DNA of 64,000 nucleotides from a virus. The first letter of the stretch is position 1, and each line of letters opens with the position of its first letter. The stretch spans positions 64,001 to 128,000 of IMG/VR virus record IMGVR_UViG_3300046787_000438. One strand, written 5' to 3'. Below the pieces are notes generated by a model. That model was given only the letters and a program-made list of their open reading frames with translations. It did not search any database and had not been told where the DNA came from. This document shows positions 10,923 to 20,086 of this stretch, piece by piece. A program made the translations under genes and the position numbers.

Positions 10923-11998
10923 TGAGAATCCTTGTAGTTGGATTTGGACCTCTTGCTAGGAAAATTACTGATCAAATAAAGAGATTCCCTGAGTACGGGC
11001 TAAATAATAAAGTATTTATATATCACATCTTTACTCGTAGAAACTCACTTAGCTATGGTAAAAATCTTGTTGTAGAAATTCCAGATCCTCACGGTGATGG
11101 GTATAGAACATACAATGATGGGCTACAAAGCTTGGATGAGTATGCCACTACAATAAGCAACTATAAACCTTGGCTATTGAGTGAGGCAGAAGCTGGATCT
11201 TTCCAACTTGTCATTGACTGCACTAATAGGACTAGGGAGTCGTACTCTTTACTGGCTGAACTACTTAACTCAGCGGGTGGAAGTCTTAAGATACTTCCAG
11301 CTAGTGTCGTCGGGGCAGAGGCTACAATCTCTAAAATTAGAATGATGCTAGATGGTGGGGAACCTTGGGAGCTAGTAGACTTTAATAGCGAGATGCTTAA
11401 AAGGGCCTCTCAGCTGAATGCCGAGGCTGAAGTTAAAATGGCCAGATATCATCAAATTAATCGGCAAAATCAAATAATCCATAGGGGCAATCCCAGCGGC
11501 GCTACGGCTGTCGACCATTACTCTATTTTTGCTGCGATACCTGATTTTGATAGAGATTTGGTAAATAGATTTGTTATAAATGGAGAAGATGGTGAAGCAT
11601 ATTCTAGAGTTGAAATCTATGATGCCGAGCATGACTGTCTAGTAATTACTCATGGGCTTCTTGAATACTTTTTTGGGTGGCACCACACGGAGCAGTTGGC
11701 TGCTAAAGAGTTCCTAGACCCTGAGTTGGAGATTGACTCTGCTCGATACTATAAATATCTATCTAACGAGTCCACCCCGATGCCAGAACTTGATAGTGAC
11801 TACGTAATAGAGTACATACATGCTGGCACTCTAGCTGTTACCACTAACGATGGGCTGTCGTCTATAGACTTAGTTGGTGGCACTGAATATTCTTCTTTTG
11901 CTTACAGACCTAACACAAATCCTCCAGCTAAAAAAGAGATACATGCGGGGCTGGAGACAATTGTATTTACGTATAGAAAGATGAAAAATGCTAATTAG
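10922..11998 (+). CDS. Rossmann-like NAD(P)-binding N-domain protein
   Basis: MRILVVGFGPLAR glycine-rich start. Confidence 0.45.
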   Translation: MRILVVGFGPLARKITDQIKRFPEYGLNNKVFIYHIFTRRNSLSYGKNLVVEIPDPHGDGYRTYNDGLQSLDEYATTISNYKPWLLSEAEAGSFQLVIDCTNRTRESYSLLAELLNSAGGSLKILPASVVGAEATISKIRMMLDGGEPWELVDFNSEMLKRASQLNAEAEVKMARYHQINRQNQIIHRGNPSGATAVDHYSIFAAIPDFDRDLVNRFVINGEDGEAYSRVEIYDAEHDCLVITHGLLEYFFGWHHTEQLAAKEFLDPELEIDSARYYKYLSNESTPMPELDSDYVIEYIHAGTLAVTTNDGLSSIDLVGGTEYSSFAYRPNTNPPAKKEIHAGLETIVFTYRKMKNAN

Positions 11999-12554
11999 TG
12001 TCTGTGTACTCGGAGGAACTGAACTGGCTAGATCTTTTACGTCAGAATTTAAGCAACTTCCTTACTATAAGAGAAGAGATTCGGACACTGAAGGTGTTCG
12101 AATCCACACCACTTACATTGATGAGCTCTCGTTATTAAGTAGTGACCTAGTTTATCGATACCAACTTGCTAATGGTAATTACGCAAATGTCTTAAATGAT
12201 GGATATCAAAAAACTAAAAAAGAGTCCAGTATAGGTAACGATAGAGATTGGCTACTTGACTCCAATGGTCATGATACTATTGTCGAAGCTGTAGATGATG
12301 CAGATAAGTATCTAGAAACTCTAGTCCATCTGATTAAGAAGGGCTATCGTACTTATATAACAAGTAGGGCATATGCAGAAAGATATGCCAAAATACTTGA
12401 AGAAGCAGCTGCCGAGGGGGAAACTGTCGTAACTTACTGCGATACGATACGCGAAGTCGTCGGGTTACTAGATAAATGGTATGTAGTTAAGCTAGCATCT
12501 CAGAGAAAAAACATCCTAGAGGATTCATATAATGCACCACAGTGCGGTCTTTAG
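11988..12554 (+). CDS. Paralog of the N-terminal domain of 10922..11998
   Basis: Shared NDG..Q, DWLL/PWLL and IVE/VID segments. Confidence 0.45.
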   Translation: MLISVCVLGGTELARSFTSEFKQLPYYKRRDSDTEGVRIHTTYIDELSLLSSDLVYRYQLANGNYANVLNDGYQKTKKESSIGNDRDWLLDSNGHDTIVEAVDDADKYLETLVHLIKKGYRTYITSRAYAERYAKILEEAAAEGETVVTYCDTIREVVGLLDKWYVVKLASQRKNILEDSYNAPQCGL

Positions 12555-12571
12555 TGAGTTAGGATATTCCT

Positions 12572-13282
12572 ATGACTACTGGAATTACATTTAGATCTGA
12601 CGTTACCGTCGAACTTATTCAATCAATGGGTGGAGATGATGCAGTTGTTCGCAGTGCTCGTGTGTCTACTAGCAGTAATAGTCGCAATGTTGATATGGGA
12701 ACCAAAGAAGAAGGACTAATCAACTACCTGATGCGCGACCGTCACGGTTCGCCATTCGAGCACAATGCCTTTACCTTCTATGTTGAAGCGCCAATCTTTG
12801 TGTTCCGCGAGTTCATGCGCCACCGCATTGCTTCTTACAACGAGGAATCGGGTCGTTACAAGGAGCTAAGCCCAGTATTTTATGTTCCAGGACCTGAGCG
12901 CAAGCTGATTCAGGTTGGTAAGCCAGGCGCTTACACTTTCGAAGACGGGGACTATTCCCAGCGGATGATGGTTCCTGCTGAAGTCATGCGATCAAATGAC
13001 GATGCATACAATGCGTATAAGCGTATGTTGGATTCTGGAATTGCCCGCGAGGTTGCTCGTGCTGTGCTTCCAGTCAATATTTACTCTTCTATGTATGTGA
13101 CCATGAATGCTCGCGCTATGATGAATTTCCTATCCCTACGCACTACACGCGAAGGTACTCACTTTCCTAGTTTCCCTCAGCGGGAGATTGAAATGGTCGC
13201 TGAAAAAATGGAAGAATTCTTCGCTGAGAAGATGCCTGTTACTTATGCTGCCTTCAATAAGAATGGACGAGTAGCTCCATAA
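12572..13282 (+). CDS. thyX: Flavin-dependent thymidylate synthase
   Basis: HGSPFEH, RHRIASYNEESGRY (RHRx7S), AREVARAVLP. Confidence 0.97.
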   Translation: MTTGITFRSDVTVELIQSMGGDDAVVRSARVSTSSNSRNVDMGTKEEGLINYLMRDRHGSPFEHNAFTFYVEAPIFVFREFMRHRIASYNEESGRYKELSPVFYVPGPERKLIQVGKPGAYTFEDGDYSQRMMVPAEVMRSNDDAYNAYKRMLDSGIAREVARAVLPVNIYSSMYVTMNARAMMNFLSLRTTREGTHFPSFPQREIEMVAEKMEEFFAEKMPVTYAAFNKNGRVAP

Positions 13283-14313
13283 TGCTATCTACAGAGTTTG
13301 ATCGATACGATGACTACTTGATGTACCTGTATGGGGGTAAGTTTTTTAGTAGCTCTACGGCTAAAGATCAGGGGCCGCTGCATACCTACAACTCTGAACC
13401 TAAAACTAAACGTAATTCTTTAGGATACAGATCTAATGAATTTTCTGATGGCACTGAACTATTAATTGCTGGGTGTTCATATACAAGTGCAATAGGAGTG
13501 CCAAACGATGGTAGATGGGGGGACCTGCTTGCTCGGCAGCTAGGGACTGAATCCTTTTCTACGCTGGCATCTCCTGGAATAGCTATTGACAGATTAGTGG
13601 ACGAGCTATTTATTTATTTTTCTAGGTATGGAAATCCTAAATATCTTGCTACTGTATTTCCTGATCCTTATAGGATTACGATACCTATCGATGGCAATAT
13701 TATTGCATCGCGAATAGGTGGTGAAGATGGGATCTTATCTACTAGGTCTTATAAGGCAAGCAAATACTTTAAGACTCTATACACTAACCATAATTACGAT
13801 CTAGTCACTTCTACAAAAATAGTTAAGAAACCTATATCCCCCGAGGAAGCAGTGAGCATAGACGCAGCTCTCTATGCAAGTATTAGAGCAATAAGACATC
13901 TAGAACAGTACTGTAAATCCTCGGATATAAAATTTATCTGGGGAACCTGGGCTCATGGGTTGGTGGAACTTATGGAACACTTAGAGAGCTATGAATTTTT
14001 AAAGTTTGATAGCTATTCCAAAAAAATTAGTAATTCTTTAGCATCTTCGGTATCAACTAAACTATCTAGATATATCTGCTACCCAGACTGGGAGGCTAGA
14101 AATTCATGCCTAGCGTCCCATGCGGAGGGGACCTGCTATGATTGCGCATTAAGTGAGTGCCATCAGTCTTTATTAGATGCCTATCCAGATCATTTCTATA
14201 TAGGAGATGACAAACACCCTGAGGGGATAGAGTACTCCCACCCTGGTGTACACGTGCATGCGCACTGCGCTGATGCTTTTTATGCAGAGTTGGAAAGTAT
14301 CTATGTTAAATAG
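13282..14313 (+). CDS. SGNH-like family protein (paralog 3)
   Basis: NSLGYRS, AGCSYT, HPGVHVH. Confidence 0.6.
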   Translation: MLSTEFDRYDDYLMYLYGGKFFSSSTAKDQGPLHTYNSEPKTKRNSLGYRSNEFSDGTELLIAGCSYTSAIGVPNDGRWGDLLARQLGTESFSTLASPGIAIDRLVDELFIYFSRYGNPKYLATVFPDPYRITIPIDGNIIASRIGGEDGILSTRSYKASKYFKTLYTNHNYDLVTSTKIVKKPISPEEAVSIDAALYASIRAIRHLEQYCKSSDIKFIWGTWAHGLVELMEHLESYEFLKFDSYSKKISNSLASSVSTKLSRYICYPDWEARNSCLASHAEGTCYDCALSECHQSLLDAYPDHFYIGDDKHPEGIEYSHPGVHVHAHCADAFYAELESIYVK

Positions 14314-14724
14314 CCATGAGCCATATGTTATAAATATCTCTGGTGTCATAGATGCCATACAAACTGAAGATATAAACCTAGCTGTAGATAGAGCCTGTGA
14401 ATTTGGATTTACGCTAGGCGAAATATCTGAAAAAGATCGTTGGGTCGAAATACTTGACAAATTAGAATCTAGTCTGGTATCCTCGGAAGAGGACGCCAAA
14501 CTGACGATCCACATAATTAGAAAGTTAGCTGGAGTATCTGAAGACGACTAGTCTTTAGTGGCTCGGCTGGGAGGAACCCATGGAAGAGCAAAACGGATTT
14601 AGCTATTCAACAGACCAAGTTGCCGAAATCTATGCGAAGCTAGAGGTTGCAAAACTTCTTGTGAAGATGGGCACTGAAATGGCAAAGCAAGCCGAGACTG
14701 ACATCAAGTTCTTTAGGATCTCTA

Positions 14725-14997
14725 ATGGCATCGAAGACTAGTTACGAAGATAAGTGCGGTATTCTCGCTGACCTATGGCTTAACTATCGTTCAGACGAGG
14801 ACTTTGCTGATTTTATCGAATACAACGATCTTGGACTACCCCTTGCTTATGCACTAGCTAATGAAATTGTAGAGTCTACCGAAGTTGCCCAGCGATTTGT
14901 AGAAGAGACCTTCGACCTCCTACTTGATGGTTTAGATGTAGAAGACACTGGGTTCGAAGAACTAGATGAAATACTTGCAGAAAGCTATGATACCTAA
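14725..14997 (+). CDS. Acidic hypothetical phage protein
   Basis: ORF track; TAATG coupling to next gene. Confidence 0.6.
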   Translation: MASKTSYEDKCGILADLWLNYRSDEDFADFIEYNDLGLPLAYALANEIVESTEVAQRFVEETFDLLLDGLDVEDTGFEELDEILAESYDT

Positions 14998-15437
14998 TGA
15001 TCTCTCTTGAAGATATGTCAAAAATTAAAGAAATTACTAGACTTCATGATGAGGCTTTTTGGTATTTACATCAATTTGACGGTCACGCTAAAAGTAGTGA
15101 TGGCCATGTAAGTATTAATTTCCATATGGGCACTGTCTGGGATAGGGAAAGTGGCGACATATCTCCACGTACCGAGGTGTCTATATACTCATACGTTGTC
15201 TCGACTGATAGCGGTAGGAGTCATAAATTTGAATCTATTGATGCTGCGCTTCAAGCGGTAACTCTATGGCATTCAAAAGCAATGTCATATAAACCGACTA
15301 CTGAAGAGCTAGAAGAGCTGGATTCTTTTGCTGCTGAAATGTGGGATGTCATTAAAGATAAAGTTACAATTATTGACCTAACTAAAGATTCAAAAAATCT
15401 CCCAGAAAAATTTAGAGATATAGCTAACGGAGAGTAG
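14997..15437 (+). CDS. Hypothetical protein
   Basis: ORF track, coupled start. Confidence 0.55.
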   Translation: MISLEDMSKIKEITRLHDEAFWYLHQFDGHAKSSDGHVSINFHMGTVWDRESGDISPRTEVSIYSYVVSTDSGRSHKFESIDAALQAVTLWHSKAMSYKPTTEELEELDSFAAEMWDVIKDKVTIIDLTKDSKNLPEKFRDIANGE

Positions 15438-15459
15438 ATCTTAGTTGTAAACTAAATAT

Positions 15460-15547
15460 GGAAACGTGGCCGAGTGGCCTAAGGCGGCAGTCTTGAAAAC
15501 TGTTGGGTGTAATAGCCCCGTGGGTTCAAATCCTACCGTTTCCGCCA
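15460..15547 (+). tRNA. tRNA-Ser(UGA)
   Basis: GGAAACG/CGTTTCC acceptor, CT-TGA-AA loop, long variable arm, GTTCAAAT, encoded CCA. Confidence 0.93.
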
Positions 15548-15593
15548 ACAGGCAGAGAAACTGTCACGGAGGCATCTGTGGCAAGTCAAACCT

Positions 15594-15676
15594 GGAGCTA
15601 TAGTGTCAGTGGCAGCACGCGGAGGTCTGAATGCAGGGCATAATCCGAAGCCCTGGTTCGAATCCAGGTAGCTCAT
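15594..15676 (+). ncRNA. tRNA-like element with expanded (~20 nt) anticodon loop
   Basis: GAGCTA/TAGCTC acceptor, GTGT/GCAC D stem, CGGA/TCCG stem, CCTGG-TTCGAAT-CCAGG T arm. Confidence 0.7.
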
Positions 15677-15679
15677 TTA

Positions 15680-15753
15680 CGAGACTTAGCTCAGCTGGTT
15701 AGAGCAGCGGACTCATAATCCGTCGGTCGTCGGTTCAAGTCCGACAGTCTCGA
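15680..15753 (+). tRNA. tRNA with CAU anticodon (Ile2/lysidine-type or elongator Met)
   Basis: CGAGACT/AGTCTCG acceptor, GCGGA-CTCATAA-TCCGT. Confidence 0.9.
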
Positions 15754-15754
15754 C

Positions 15755-15828
15755 TCTGCGATATCCTAATAGGTCAAGGAACCACTCTTATAAGGTGGAA
15801 TATCTGGGTTCAAGTCCCAGTCGCAGTA
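15755..15828 (+). tRNA. tRNA-Ile(UAU)
   Basis: CTGCGA/TCGCAG acceptor (1:72 mismatch), CCACT-CTTATAA-GGTGG, CTGGG-TTCAAGT-CCCAG. Confidence 0.8.
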
Positions 15829-15829
15829 C

Positions 15830-15906
15830 GCTCCTATATCCCAATCGGCAGAGGAAGTTGACTTAAAATCAATTCAGTGTGGGTTCGAGTCCCACTGGGA
15901 GTACCA
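15830..15906 (+). tRNA. tRNA-Leu(UAA), short variable arm
   Basis: GTTGA-CTTAAAA-TCAAT, T arm GTGGG-TTCGAGT-CCCAC, CCA. Confidence 0.9.
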
Positions 15907-15907
15907 A

Positions 15908-15980
15908 CCGTCTATGGCGCAACGGATAGCGCAGGAAGTTTCTACCTTCAAGGTTGTAGGTTCGAGTCCTACTAGGCGGA
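15908..15980 (+). tRNA. tRNA-Arg(UCU)
   Basis: CCGTCTA/TAGGCGG acceptor, TT-TCT-AC loop. Confidence 0.88.
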
Positions 15981-16004
15981 CTGTATAATAGAATAAAGAA
16001 GTAA

Positions 16005-16078
16005 GGTCCTGTGGCGCAGTTGGTTAGCGCGTCTCCCTGTCACGGAGAAGGTCGCCAGTTCAAGTCTGGTCAGGATCG
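16005..16078 (+). tRNA. tRNA-Asp(GUC)
   Basis: GGTCCTG/CAGGATC, TCTCC-CTGTCAC-GGAGA. Confidence 0.93.
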
Positions 16079-16084
16079 CGCGAA

Positions 16085-16249
16085 GCATAAGTCTGAATAA
16101 CTTATGTGGAGATAGGTGCATCCGAAAATTACGTTGTCTCAGCCGCGGAGTGAAAGTATTCAGACTCATGGACTCTGTGTTGAAGCGAAGACTAGGATGT
16201 ACAGCTAGTAGCAATAGTTTTCCTTAACCAAAAGGTGAGCATGACTAGC
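16085..16249 (+). ncRNA. Candidate structured ncRNA with kissing-loop pseudoknot
   Basis: Several nested stems plus 8-bp loop-loop complement (16092-16099 with 16157-16164); sits between two tRNAs. Confidence 0.6.
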
Positions 16250-16252
16250 AAC

Positions 16253-16328
16253 GCCACCTTAGCTCCAATGGTAGAGCGCCGCCTTTGTAACGCGGATGTT
16301 ATCGGTTCGAGTCCGATAGGTGGCTCCA
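16253..16328 (+). tRNA. tRNA-Thr(UGU)
   Basis: GCCACCT/AGGTGGC, TT-TGT-AA loop, CCA. Confidence 0.92.
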
Positions 16329-16591
16329 TACTTTGGTAAAATTAGTTAATGGAAGCCAAAGATTTACCTGGCGAGCTTGAATCGGATCTGATGATTCTTG
16401 GCACACGTGCTGAGATGCTAGTTAGATCGTCAGTAAAGCTTGGCGAGATGAAAGCCCGTATAGAGCTGTTTCAACTTATACGTGAGGCAATGGCTGATAA
16501 ATATGCTCAGGGCGACGAGATTGCTGGAGCAATCCTAGAATGGCTCTGGCTAGAGCTCTCTGAAAAATATCAAATTAATTTATCTGAATAG

Positions 16592-16620
16592 TTGACATAT
16601 TAGCTTTTTAGTTCTATAGT
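16592..16620 (+). promoter_or_regulatory. Sigma70/SigA-type promoter
   Basis: TTGACA-17 nt-TATAGT. Confidence 0.7.
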
Positions 16621-17046
16621 TTGACTATGACAGTTACATTGCATCGAGGAGTCGATCTCCCGAGTACAAAAATAGAGCCTGAGTTTTCCTGGGCAGATAA
16701 GCTTATCCCTCATGAGGGGGAGATGGTTTATGTGCGCCGTAAAGAAGGAAAACTATATTGGCTAAAAGCTAATGATATGAGTAACCCTAATTGGGTTGAA
16801 ATCGCTGGAACTGGCAAAATTACTACCTATGGCGGTAATGGAAATAAAAAGCCAGACGGTCCTACGGCTAGTGAAGAGGGCATCGAAGAGCAGGAGTTAT
16901 CTCATATTCCTAGTGGCTGGTATCAAGATGATACTGCCAATCTCCATCAATATGTAAGTGGCTCTGGCTGGAAAGATGTATCGCATGCTAAGGCAAAAAG
17001 CTTAACTAAACTAGCCGAGGCTGGAAGTATGGAGTACTTGGGGTAA
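16621..17046 (+). CDS. Hypothetical protein with C-terminal DUF2510-like GWY..W motif
   Basis: SGWYQDD....QY....W; paralog of 36357..36644. Confidence 0.5.
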   Translation: MTMTVTLHRGVDLPSTKIEPEFSWADKLIPHEGEMVYVRRKEGKLYWLKANDMSNPNWVEIAGTGKITTYGGNGNKKPDGPTASEEGIEEQELSHIPSGWYQDDTANLHQYVSGSGWKDVSHAKAKSLTKLAEAGSMEYLG

Positions 17047-17321
17047 TGAGCTACCAACTAAGTCACATAAAAGAGATTCGTGAGTTCGCTAAGCTTGTTG
17101 AAAAACAAGGATGGACTGTAATTAAAACTAAAGGTGACCATCTAAAATGGGTATCTCCCAGCGGGCAGTTCATAATCTCGGCTTCGACTCCATCTGATCG
17201 AAAAAGATTCTTTCAACATATAGTTAAAGATATGGCTAAGATTGGCTACATCTTTAATAAACAAACTCGAACGATTACAGAAAAAGAAAGTGATTTAAAT
17301 GCAAACCTTCTTGCCATATAA
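17046..17321 (+). CDS. HicA-like mRNA interferase-fold protein
   Basis: GWTVIKTKGDHLKW..P.G pattern. Confidence 0.6.
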   Translation: MSYQLSHIKEIREFAKLVEKQGWTVIKTKGDHLKWVSPSGQFIISASTPSDRKRFFQHIVKDMAKIGYIFNKQTRTITEKESDLNANLLAI

Positions 17322-17781
17322 GGACTTCGACAGGACTGCAAGTGCCCTTGACTCTAAGCGTTTGAATAAGCAAATTCTAGAGTGCTACCAGATTCTCAAG
17401 GTGCTTAATAATCCTGACCCTAAGGCTGGATGGCGTAATCACCCAGCAGTGAAGATGTGGCGGGGTCACGAGAATGCGCTATTCGATTACACTCTTGCGA
17501 TGCTTCGCGAGGCCGATCGACGTGGCATCAAGACTGACAAGAACAAGGAGAACCTTATGGTTCTTCGTGTAGCAACTATTGCTAACTGGGGTAGTGGACT
17601 ACCTGGTTGGTTTAATGACCGAGCTGTCATGAGTCGCGTGACTACTACACACAAAGCAAACTTGTACCGCAAGGATGATGCTTACTATCACAACTTTAAG
17701 TCTGCAGTGATTGATGAAAACAATGAGCCTTGCTGTGAGCGATGTAACTACTTTTGGGTAACTCATCAGGAAATTGCATGA
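17299..17781 (+). CDS. Pyrimidine-dimer DNA glycosylase / MSMEG_6728 family
   Basis: MQTFLPY, LDSKRLNKQILEC.QI, GWRNHPAVKMWRG, HKANLYRKD. Confidence 0.88.
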   Translation: MQTFLPYKDFDRTASALDSKRLNKQILECYQILKVLNNPDPKAGWRNHPAVKMWRGHENALFDYTLAMLREADRRGIKTDKNKENLMVLRVATIANWGSGLPGWFNDRAVMSRVTTTHKANLYRKDDAYYHNFKSAVIDENNEPCCERCNYFWVTHQEIA

Positions 17782-18059
17782 TTAAGTTTAAGCACTATCC
17801 TTCGGATTCTTTAGGCGTAAGGTATGTATTTGGAATCACCTTGTCTGACTTAAAGACTCAACCGACTTTAGATGTAATTATTGGTAAGCATATATTCGTA
17901 ATACTTTGGAAGAAATACAGTGATTAGATATAAGCATCGTATAGATAGGCTAGACCCTGCTAAGCTTTTTGGTTTTGCTATTGAGATACACCCTAAATAT
18001 AAAACTGTTATGTTTTTTATTGGTCACCATACTTTTGACTTTTGGACAGGATACAGAAA

Positions 18060-18617
18060 ATGAGCTTCATATTTGTAGGACTTGACGGTGAGATGTCAAG
18101 TAGCGAGTTAGACCGAGGTGGACGTCTGCTCCAAATTGGTCTTGCGCTAGCAAATGGTGCGTCCTACTCGGCGATGATTAACCCTGGTGAAATGTTGTGG
18201 GATGAGAAAGCCGTTGCTGTACCTGGCTTCACTCGTGAGATGCTACCCTCCTCGGTTAACTTTGAAGAAGTCGATCAGAATGGGTACGACTTCCTAGTGA
18301 GTCAAGGTGCCAACCCTAAGCGTCGTACTAAGACTGTCCCAGTTGGTTGGAATGTTGGCGCGTTTGATATGCCATTTGTGCGTGAGACACTGCCACTAAC
18401 GTACTCTTTGTTCTCTCGCAGGACTGTTGATCTCAATGCTCTCTGCTTTGCGCTTGACGGTAAAGACAGCCTAAACTTTGAGTCTTGGAAGAGACTCTCT
18501 AAAGAGTATGCAATTGAAAAGATTGGCTATGAGGATGCCCATGATGCTGGCTGGGATGCCAAGATGGGTTTATATTGCTTCGAGTATTTACAAAATGTAG
18601 TTAAAGGAGGAAAGTAG
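18060..18617 (+). CDS. DEDDh-type 3'-5' exonuclease
   Basis: LDGEM, GWNVGAFD, HDAGWDA. Confidence 0.75.
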   Translation: MSFIFVGLDGEMSSSELDRGGRLLQIGLALANGASYSAMINPGEMLWDEKAVAVPGFTREMLPSSVNFEEVDQNGYDFLVSQGANPKRRTKTVPVGWNVGAFDMPFVRETLPLTYSLFSRRTVDLNALCFALDGKDSLNFESWKRLSKEYAIEKIGYEDAHDAGWDAKMGLYCFEYLQNVVKGGK

Positions 18618-19499
18618 ATGAACACGCCAACAGATAAAGAAGTTCGTGACTGGTATATGGGCTATGGAGTAGAGGGTCGTGCAGAACTTGCCGAAGTTGA
18701 AGGTATAGCTTTTGACCGCTACTTGCTAGAGCGAGATGTAGAAACCCAAAAAGTTGCCTTGTCTTGGGAGCGTGAACGCTTTGATCGACTATGGCAGATT
18801 GAGAGGGGCTGTAAATGTAAGGAATCAATGCAGCATCTAAAAATTCGTATGGAGCGCTCTCAGAGCGGAATTAACTATGACCTTGAGTTAGGAGATAAGT
18901 AAATGAGTAATGATCTACCGTATGTAGAGTTTAGGTTTAAGCGCGATTGGGAGACTAGACGCGCTGGTTGGGTTCAGGGTAGGTCACATGTTAGTGGCGG
19001 CTGGTTCCCTATGAAATACTGTAGGAATGTTAAAGCTGCCGATCGATACGTACGTAGGGTTATTACTCGCCGAGGAGAGCCTGTCATGTATATCGAGCTT
19101 CCTATCCAAACAGGCATTAAGTAAATGAGTTGGGAAGAAGACTGGGATAACTCGGACGATGCTGTATATGATGGTCCCGATGAAGAGCAGCTCAAGGCTA
19201 AGAAGCGTCGCGAAGCTTTTAATGAGCTACGTAAAATTGATGAAGAAATCTATAACTCTTATGAAGATAAAGAACTCTATTGGGCGAACGAACATTGGAT
19301 CAATAACCCATTGATTAAGCCCAAGAGCAAGGTTTATTTATTTGAGCAGTGGGAAGAGCGTATTCGTAAGGAACAGAATGAACGCATTATCAAGTTGCTA
19401 GACATTTGGGATTGTAATAATGACCGATGCGATTGCGACTCTATCAATGAATGCGTCTACCGTCAGGAATTTATCGCTCTTATCAAAGGAGAGAAGTAA
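18618..19499 (+). other. Run of three short coupled hypothetical genes (18618-18902, 18903-19124, 19125-19499)
   Basis: TAG/TAA directly followed by ATG at each junction. Confidence 0.6.
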
Positions 19500-19613
19500 A
19501 TGACGCACACTCATGTGACTTACTCATCGGGAGTAAACGCTGAGCAGTATTGGTGGTGTTGGTGTGGCAAGCGTTACACCAATCCGCTATTTATCAAAGG
19601 AGAGAAGTAAATG
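19480..19613 (+). repeat. 23-bp direct repeat TTATCAAAGGAGAGAAGTAAATG (19480-19502, 19591-19613) flanking a 36-aa mini-gene (19500-19610)
   Basis: Exact repeat read from the sequence; encodes IKGEK*, RBS and next ATG. Confidence 0.85.
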
Positions 19614-19892
19614 GGTAAGAAAGAACCAATTCATAAGCTGACTCTTGACGAGTACGATGAGCTGACTATGGAAAATCAAATTCTTGGTGCTCAGTCCGAA
19701 CGTGGCAAGATTATTGCCGAGCTTGAGCGTCGCGCTGGGCAAATGATGGATTTTGCTGAGTGTATGGAATCTACTAAAGATAAAAATTCCTACTCTCGTT
19801 ATGCATTTGGTCTTCAGATGGCAGTACGTATTGTAAATGAGTTACGTCCATATGAGGAAAATGTTGGCTGCCCTGAATGCGAGGCTTTCTAG
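19611..19892 (+). CDS. Hypothetical protein with C-terminal CxxC
   Basis: RBS within repeat; CPEC. Confidence 0.6.
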   Translation: MGKKEPIHKLTLDEYDELTMENQILGAQSERGKIIAELERRAGQMMDFAECMESTKDKNSYSRYAFGLQMAVRIVNELRPYEENVGCPECEAF

Positions 19893-20086
19893 TGTCAGAC
19901 AACGTAAAGGTCTTTATTAACCCTAAGTCGGGATCTATCAAGATGATAGGGACTATTGATCTAGTCGATATCGAAGGCAATGTGCTTGAAACGGTAACTA
20001 ATATTAAGCTCTGTGGATGTGGTCTAACTAAAGAAAAGCCAATCTGTGATGGGGCTCATAAGCTACGTAAGTCTGAAAGTAAGTAA
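19877..20086 (+). CDS. CDGSH iron-sulfur (NEET) domain protein
   Basis: LCGCGLTKEKPICDGAH = C-x-C-x2-(S/T)-x3-P-x-CDG-A-H. Confidence 0.85.
   Translation: MRGFLVSDNVKVFINPKSGSIKMIGTIDLVDIEGNVLETVTNIKLCGCGLTKEKPICDGAHKLRKSESK

Noticed and set aside
15972-16214. 80-aa minus-strand ORF
   Set aside because: Antisense to tRNA-Asp and the structured RNA
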